Source of the DNA: Eledone cirrhosa
Taxonomy: Eukaryota
DNA length: 64,000 bases
Assembly (NCBI GenBank): GCA_964016885.1
Contig: OZ024743.1
Location: 93,372,001-93,436,000 of the forward strand
Reading direction: 5' to 3'
Position 1 is the stretch's first letter, and each line of letters begins with the position of its first letter. Shown in pieces: positions 55,268 through 64,000 of the stretch. A program made the translations under genes and the position numbers. The notes below the pieces were generated by a model that saw only the letters and a list, made by a program, of their open reading frames with translations, had not been told where the DNA came from and did no database searches.

Positions 55268-58200
55268 ATCATCATCATCATCATCAACGTTTAACGTCCG
55301 TGTTCCACGCTTGCATGGGTTTGGACGGGGGTTTTCCCACTTGAGGCAAGAGTGGTTGTCTTGCTCGCATAGGACTGATTGCGGGTTTTCTACAGCTGGA
55401 TGCCCTTCCTAACACCAACCACATTTACAGTGTGGGGCTGGGAGGTTTGTACCGTGTTGCCTACACGGCCACATTTACAGCGTGGACTGTGTGTTTTTTT
55501 GTCGTGACACCTACACGATCTCATTTGTTTCGGCCTGGATGTTGTGGCACCAACATAACTTTACATTGAAAGGGGCGGTGTGGATGGGGTGGAGGTGGTG
55601 GGACGGGGTGTGTTTTGATAGAGATGCCTACTGACTGTAGTAGGTTTTTACTTTGTATTTAGGTAAGGCGGGTCTTCTCTATTACTGAGTATCGCCAAAG
55701 GTCTCGGTCCAGTGACATTGTCTTGGAGAGGTGTAAGCGTGTGAGGTCGGAATTTATCAGCTCGTCCCATGATTTTCTGGGTCTGCCTACTACGTGGCTA
55801 CCGTCTATCTTTATTGCCCTGCACTTTGTTATACAGCTGTCGTCTTTCATGCGCATCACGTGACCGTACCAACGTAGCCTTCTCTCGAGTAAACAACATC
55901 TGATCCCTCTTATTTCTAATTTTTTCCTTAGTTCATTTATGCTTTGCCGTTCACGTATATTACTATTGCACATCCAGCGGAGCATGCAAGCTTCGTTCCT
56001 CTCTAGTCTGCGTATATCCTCTGCACACAATGCCCAGGTCTCACTGCCATGCAGCATTGCTGTTCGTATGCAGGCATCGTATAACCTGCCTTTCATTTTT
56101 AGGGAGAACCCTCTAGCGGCTAATAGTGGTATAAGCTCTCTGAACTTTTTCCATCCAGTTCTGACTCTAGCTACTGTACTTTCAGAGCACCCTCCCCCAC
56201 TGCTGATTTTGTCACCCAGGTAACGGAAGCTGTCCACTATTTCTATGGAACCCTCTGCGCAGTTGAAGGAGCTAGTATTTTGTAGGCATTTGCTGCTACT
56301 TATTGCACCAGAGCACCGGCCACATGTAAAATCTATGTTCTTAGTTAGCTTACCTGTGATCCCACTACATCTTTTATGCACCCATACTTTGTATTTGGGA
56401 CATAAAATGGAGTTTCTACCTACGCCTTTCCTACACACTGAGCATGGCCATTTCCCAGAAGGGACCGCCGCCTTATTTTCTTTCCTACAAACTAGAACTT
56501 TAGTCTTAGCCAGGTTAATTTTAAGGCCTTTTGATTCTAGGCCGTGCTTCCATGTTTGGAATTTCTTCTCTAGTTCGGTCATTGATTCAGCTATGAGCGT
56601 TAGATCATCTGCGTATAGGAGTTCCCATGGGCAGCCGGTCTTGAACTCCTCTGTTATAGCCTGAAGGGCAATAATAAATAGTAGGGGGCTAAGAACAGAG
56701 CCCTGATGGACACCAACTTTTACGCTAAACTCTTCACTATATTCGTTGTTAATTCTAACCTTACTGACTGTTTCTTTATACATGGCTTGTATAGCTCTCA
56801 CAAGCCATTCGTCAACACCTAGTTTTATAAGAGACCACCAGATAATGGAACGGGGGACTCTGTCGAAGGCTTTCTCCAAGTCGACGAAAGCTAAGTATAT
56901 GGGTTTACTTTTAGCTAGGTACTTCTCCTGTAGTTGTCGTTACAATGAAAAGAGCGTCTGTGGTACTTTTGCCTGACACAAACCCGAACTGCATTTCATC
57001 TAGATCAATTCTCTCTCTGATTAGTTGCGCTATTACTTTTTCCGTGACCTTCATGACCTGGTCGATTAATTTAATGCCTCTATAGTTACTCCTATCTAGG
57101 GCATCTCCTTTTCCCTTATAGCAGTTAACGATGATGCTGCTACGCCAGTCCTTCGGAACAACCCCATTCTGTACGACTTAGTTAACTATCCGGGTGACCA
57201 TGGTGTGTCCCACCGAACCAGATGCCGCATCTCAGCAACTATTTCCGAAGGACCAGCCGCCTTACCCGTCTTCATATCTTTGATTGCCTTGCTTATTGTA
57301 CTACCCTGGACTAACACTGCTGGTCCCTCTATTGGGTCGATGTGGGGGAGACTGTCTTTCTCCCATTTGTTCTCCTTATTTAGAAGCTTTCGTAGTGACA
57401 CTTCCAAGCTACCTTCTTATCAGCGTCGGTGATGGCAAGTATGCCATCATCGTTAAGTACACACTTCTCCCCGACAAACGGTTTTCCTTGACACATTGCC
57501 TGGCAATCCTGAACACCTCACGTTTTTGGTCCTCACGTTGTAGAACATGCTTGAACTTTCTTTCCTCTGCTTCCCTTCTTGCGAAGTACACTTGTCTCCT
57601 AGCTTCCCTCCTAGCCACTTGATAGTCTTCTCTACTTCCCCCATCCCGCCATACTTTCCAAGCCTGCTTTTTGGCCTTAATTGACTCCTCCACCTTACTG
57701 TTCCACCACCATGTTACTCTCCTCCTACCTACAGGCCTGCTCCAGCCACAGACTTCGTCTGCCGCCGTCAGCAGGTTTGCTCTCAGGAATTCCCACTGTT
57801 CCTCTATATTATACGACTCTAATTGCTCTTCCTTACTGTCGAAAGCGTCAAGTAATATGCTTTGAAATTTATTTCTGGCTATGGGGTCCTTTAGCTTCCA
57901 TATTTTTCTCCTGAGGATAGTCCTCTTCCGCTGTCTAGTACGTCTCGTCCTGACTATGAGGTCGCTAATTATCAGTCTATGTTGGGAGGTGAATTCTTCA
58001 TGGGGGAGGGATTTAGTGTTAACAACAGACACTCTGTCACGTCTTCTGGTAAGGATATAATCTACCTGGCTTGTGTGTTCCCCCGATCTATAGGTGATCA
58101 AGTGATTGTCTCGTTTTTTGAAGTTAGTGTTACAGATAGTTAAGTTATTTGCGTCGCAGAATTCCAGGATTCTGGAGCCTTCCTCATTTCTAGTACCGAA

Positions 58201-58610
58201 CCCATAGCCTCCATGGATTCCGCCATAGCCGTCACAACGTTGTCCAACGTGACCATTTAGGTCGCCTGCAATAACTATATAGTCACTGTCGGTTATTTGG
58301 GAGGTAGCGAGCATCAGTGTCTCGTAGAATCTGTCTTTTATAGCGCCGGGCAGTCCGGATTGGGGTCCGTACGCAGATATTACTGTCACCGTAGTTTTAT
58401 TGAGGACAAGTCTTATTTTAATTATTCTGTCGTTCACTCTATTTACGTCTATTATCTTATCTGCCCACTTTTCTGCTACCATGATTCCTACCCCACCCAA
58501 CCCATTGTCATTTCCCACCCAGAAAAGCTTATAGCATCGTTCTTTACCCACGATGAATCTAGCCGACCCTCCCCTCCACCTGGTCTCTTGAATACAACAA
58601 ACATCGACCT

Positions 58611-58613
<3 letters not shown>
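55268..58613 (-). mobile_element. RTE LINE (family A), EN+RT nearly complete, frameshifted, 5' end lost in (TA)n
   Basis: [26 protein letters not shown]; ORF 55659..56879 with YADD; (GAT)n tail. Confidence 0.96.
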
Positions 58614-58664
<51 letters not shown>

Positions 58665-58673
58665 GTAAATATA

Positions 58674-58793
<120 letters not shown>

Positions 58794-58857
58794 CATATGT
58801 ATATATATATATACATATGTATATATAAACATATATATATATATGTATATATATATG

Positions 58858-58919
<62 letters not shown>

Positions 58920-59074
58920 TATACATATGTATATATAAACATATATATATATGTATATCTAAACATATATATATATATACATATGTTATATAAACATATA
59001 TATGTATATATATATATGTATATATATACATATGTATATATATATATTTATATATATATATATATATATGTATG

Positions 59075-59142
<68 letters not shown>

Positions 59143-59143
<1 letters not shown>

Positions 59144-59390
59144 GCCGTAGAAAACCGCCAGACATGTAGGTGTCACGACAAAAAAACACACACTCCACGC
59201 TGTAATGTTGCTATGTAGGTAACACGGTAAAAACCTCCCAGTCCACACTGTAAACGTGGTTGGTGTTAGGAAGGGCATCCAGCCATAGAAAACCTGCCAG
59301 ACAGTCCTGAGCAAGACAACCAATCTTGCCTCAAGTGGGACAATTCCCGTCCAGATCCATGCTAGCGAGGAAAATGGACGTTAAACGATT
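59143..59390 (+). mobile_element. RTE family A 3' UTR fragment
   Basis: Reverse complement of the 3' UTRs at 8781-9025 and 55268-55515. Confidence 0.85.
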
Positions 59391-62300
59391 AGTGGCAAGG
59401 CTCCAGTTCAGGAGTTGTGGGGAATGTGGAGTTACCTCTTAGTTGTCATAACTCCCAGGTCTGCCCTGGCCCGGAGTAGTAGTACCTGTTAGGGCTCCAT
59501 TTATGGGTTAAATAACTACCTTATTCGAGTGGCGCCGGTAAGGTATTGTCAGCCATTGAAAAGAAATATGGAGAGTCGATCTAACAGCACTAGGGTTAGA
59601 GCCCCTAATTATACTGTCAAGGAGCAGCCTGGTCTTTATGACTCTGCTGGCTTAGAGCCACAGAGAGGGCCAGTGGATGATGGATCAGCTGTCTCTGAGA
59701 CAAATATAAAGAATGCAGTTTTGTCCTGCAGAAGAGCCATCAAAATGGGCATTTTGAATGTGAGAAGTATTCGGACGCTGGAGAAGAGAGAGGAGTTGGG
59801 ACATCTGTTCGAGGAGAGTGGTATACAGATACTTGCGATCCAAGAACACAGGATCCTACACAATGAGCCCGTGAGGAGTGTGATGATCGGGAAGAGGAGC
59901 CAGCTCATCACTACATCGGCAGTGAAGAACACAACAAATGCTGCAGTAGGAGGAGTGGGTTTTGTGTTCAGTGCAAAAACCAATCTATTGGTGAGGGAAA
60001 TGATGCCTGTCTCCCCACGAGTGTTGAGGGTGACCTTCAATGGAAACCCAAGACTGACAGTCATCTCAGCCTATAGTCCAACCGAGGGGGACAGTGATGT
60101 GAGTGCGGAAGAGTTCCATGAGGAGGTGTGTAGAGCTGTCAACACCACTCAGGCACACAATATCCTGCTTGTTTTGGGGGACTTCAATGCACATCTGAGT
60201 AAGGAGGGCAGTGAAGATCCTTGCTGGTACTTCCATAACAACACAAACCGAAATGGAAGACTACTGAGAGACACCCTGCTGGAGGCGAACTTGATAGCGA
60301 CCAATCTAAGGTTTAGGAAGAATCTGGGGAAGATGTGGACCTACATCTCAGATATGCACCTGTCCAAGTCCGAGATTGATTTCATTCTGGTGGGGAAAAA
60401 GTGGCGGAATAGTGTTCTGAACACAGAACCATACAACTATTTCAGTACACTGGGTAGTGACCACCAGCTTGTTATGAGTGAGGTCCGGGTGAGCTTAAGA
60501 AAGAGCAAGGCTTGACCCCGGAGAGCAATCTATGACTGGGGAGCTTTCAAGGAAGATGATAAGCTACAGGAGAGGTTCACAGTGGAAGTGAGAAACAGGT
60601 TCAGTGCTCTGTGTGGAGAGTCAGAGGAGAGAGAGATTGGATGGACTGAGGAGAGTGTGACGAGGAGGTACGGGCACTTCAACAATGCAGTGGCGGAAGC
60701 AAGTGAAACCCTGATGCCGAGGAAAAAGAAAAAAAGGAAGCACGTCAGCTCTGCAAACCCAAAAGTGTGTGCAGCCAGAGAACACCTGAAAGCTGCCAAG
60801 GACCAATTCTATGCTTATCCTACGGAGGAGAGGATGGAGACTGTGGAGGTGATGAGGGAAGAATTCTGTACCGCTTACACTGAGGTCAGAGAGGAGGCAC
60901 TGATAGAGAAGATCAGAAGTGTGGAGAGAGCGGTTGACAGATCTGGATGTAAGGAGAGCTGGATGATCATCAACGAGATCACAGGGAGGAAGAGAAGGTG
61001 GTCGAGTCAGATCCAGGGAACGGAAGAGGAAATGGCTAGACCATTTTAGGACCCTACTAGGAGAGCCACCCTCCACAGCCCAGAGCATTGGGGAGATCAG
61101 GCGGCTGTTTGAGGAACTGGATGTTGAGACAGGGCCCTTCACCAGGGGGGAGCTCCAGAGAGCCAAGAAGAGGATCAAGGAAGGCAAGGCTCATGGAGAA
61201 GATGGAGTGGCATCAGAGATGATGAAGAGGTGTGATTTTGATGATATCATCCTGGGGTTCTGTAACCGGGCACTGGAGAAAGGAGTTGCCCCGAATCAGT
61301 GGAGGATCAGTAACATCGTCCCAGTGCCAAAGAAGGGAGATCTCTCTAACACCAACAACTACAGGGGGATCTCACTGACGTCACTTGTGGCAAAGACCCT
61401 CAACGGGATGATTCTTTACAGGATCCAGCCTGAGATGGAGAAGAAGCTCAGGGACAACCAGAATGGCTTCAGAGAGGGAAGATCAGCAACCAGTCACATC
61501 CTGGTGCTGAAGAGGATATTAGATGGAGCTAGAGCAAAGTGCCTTCCTGCGGTCATGGTTTTCATTGACTTTAGGAAGGCCTTTGATTCTGTGGACCATT
61601 ACTGCCTGATGAAGATCTTACAGGCTTATGGAATCCCCAAGAAGATAGTGGACCTGATATCACTGCTCTACACCAACACCAAAGCCCAAGTCATTACACC
61701 TGATGGGATGACAGAGTTCTTTGAGATACTGGCTGGAGTGCTCCAGGGAGATACATTGGCTCCCTACCTTTTTATCATCATAGTGGACTATTGTATGCGC
61801 CTTGCACTGGAGAAACACCAGGACTCTGGCTTTACTGTAGCACCGGCTCAGAGCAGGAGAGTTAAGGCGAAAAAGGTATCAGATGCTGAATTTGCCAACG
61901 ACATAGTTTTGGTGACAAATACAGTGAAGGAGGCAGAGGATTTGATGCGGGAGGTTGAAACTCTGTCGATGAGTGTGGGTCTGAGAATGAATGAGACTAA
62001 AACAAAATATCTGGTAGAGAATGTTGAGAAGCCAGAGGGGATCACTAATGTAGGCGGGAAGCCGCTAGAATTGGTTGAGGGCTTCCTGTATTTGGGAGCA
62101 AAGATTGGGAATACGGAAGATGATGTGGTTGAGAGGAAGAGCTAAGCCTGGGCGGCGTGCCACAGCTTGAGATCGGTGTGGAAGTCGGACCTTCGTAAAG
62201 ACCTGAAAATCCGCCTCTTCATTGCTGTAGTGGAGTCTGTGCTGCTGTATGGGTCTGAGACTTGGACACTGACCAAGAAACTCACTCAGATGGTGGATGG

Positions 62301-62649
62301 GTGCTACACGAGAATGCTGAGGATGGCTCTGAACATTAATCAGTATACACTGAGGATGAAAAACTCAGAGCTGTATGGGAGCATCCCAAAAGTCAGCTCA
62401 AAAGTGACACAGAGGAGACTGAGGTTAGCTGGACATGCTCACCGACATCCAGAGTTGACATTGCACTCAGTGCTCCTGTGGGAGCCCCTACATGGACACA
62501 CTAGAAGAGGAAGACCAAGGTTAACGTATGTTGATGCCCTAAGGACAGACACTGGTCTGTTGGAGATGCAGGACATGGCAGCAATAATGAGGGACAGAGA
62601 CCGCTGGAGAGAACTCGTCCATGGATCTCGGGAATTTTACCCGCCTTAG
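59391..62649 (+). mobile_element. Full-length RTE-clade LINE (family B), pseudogenised
   Basis: LNVRSI, AIQEHR, AYSPT, GDFNAH, GSDH; NYRGISLTS, FIDFRKAFDS, GVLQGDTLAP, FAND; LLYGSETW, GRPRLTY; stops at ~60515 and ~62145, frameshift ~61020. Confidence 0.93.
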
Positions 62650-62668
62650 ATATATATATATATACATA

Positions 62669-63428
<760 letters not shown>

Positions 63429-63788
63429 TATGTATATATATAACGGGGATGACTGGGGATTCCTTTCTTTGTTTTTTGTGCCTCTCCTTTGTTCTGTCCT
63501 ACGCCATCTTGTTTTTGTGTGTGTGTTGTGTGCTTAGTTTGGCAAACTAAACACACAACACACACGCAAAAACAAGAGGTCACTGAAGAGGTCACAGAAT
63601 GTGTGACGAAAGAACTTTGACAATATATAAACAACCATCTGGTTGTGGAACCAACCAACCAACCGGAAATTTATAAATTCCTAAATTTATAAATTTATTA
63701 TAATAAATTGAAGTGAATGCAACTGGTGCGTGTGTTTCTTATTGGCAACATGACCCCCCCCCCCAAAGTATAACAATATATATTTATA

Positions 63789-63827
<39 letters not shown>

Positions 63828-64000
63828 CAGCAGTGGTGGAGGGTACTCTGAAACTACAGTAGCAATAGTCAGAACGGGATAGAAAAAGTTCAGAGAGCTT
63901 ATACCACTATTGGCCGCTAAAGGGTTCTCTCTAAAAAGGAAAGGCAGGCTGTATGATGCCTGCATACGAACAGCAATGTTACATGGCAGTGATACCTGGG
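63828..64000 (+). mobile_element. RTE family A fragment running off the window end
   Basis: SSGGGYSETTVAIVRTG*KKFRELIPLL...LYDACIRTAMLHGS. Confidence 0.88.

Noticed and set aside
55571-55612. G-rich tract in the RTE 3' UTR as a functional G-quadruplex
   Set aside because: Highly variable between copies and on the antisense strand of the element; no support beyond composition.
60513-60515. In-frame TGA in RTE family B as programmed readthrough or selenocysteine
   Set aside because: The element has other stops, a frameshift and a mutated catalytic motif; CGA-to-TGA decay is the simpler explanation.
63440-63780. Unique TA-flanked segment
   Set aside because: No ORF, termini or ribozyme core recognisable; cannot be classified.

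Overview
A gene-free, transposon-dense animal genomic window. The host is most likely a cephalopod such as Octopus; this is inferred from the repeat families and has not been verified. Long (TA)n and (TAA)n microsatellites hold nested, mostly decayed elements: a Penelope-like element (RT thumb plus GIY-YIG), several RTE LINEs, a CR1, two R4/Dong-type RLE LINEs, a near-intact L1/Tx1, a mariner, a tRNA-SINE, two non-coding LTR elements primed by tRNA-Trp, Helitron remnants, and a ~9 kb satellite of tandem Tc1/mariner-like MITEs with a Helitron-delimited ~4 kb higher-order repeat. The most striking unannotated signal is about ten type I hammerhead ribozyme motifs from five unrelated sequence families. 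Several sit in 485-553 bp tandem or inverted non-coding units inserted in (TA)n and show compensatory base changes between copies, and one has a U3-A8 covariant core. These look like Penelope-mobilised retrozyme/pLTR elements that could produce circular RNAs. Nearly all listed short ORFs (YIYI..., poly-I/L/N, satellite ORFs) are artefacts of simple repeats. All alignments and folds were done by eye.
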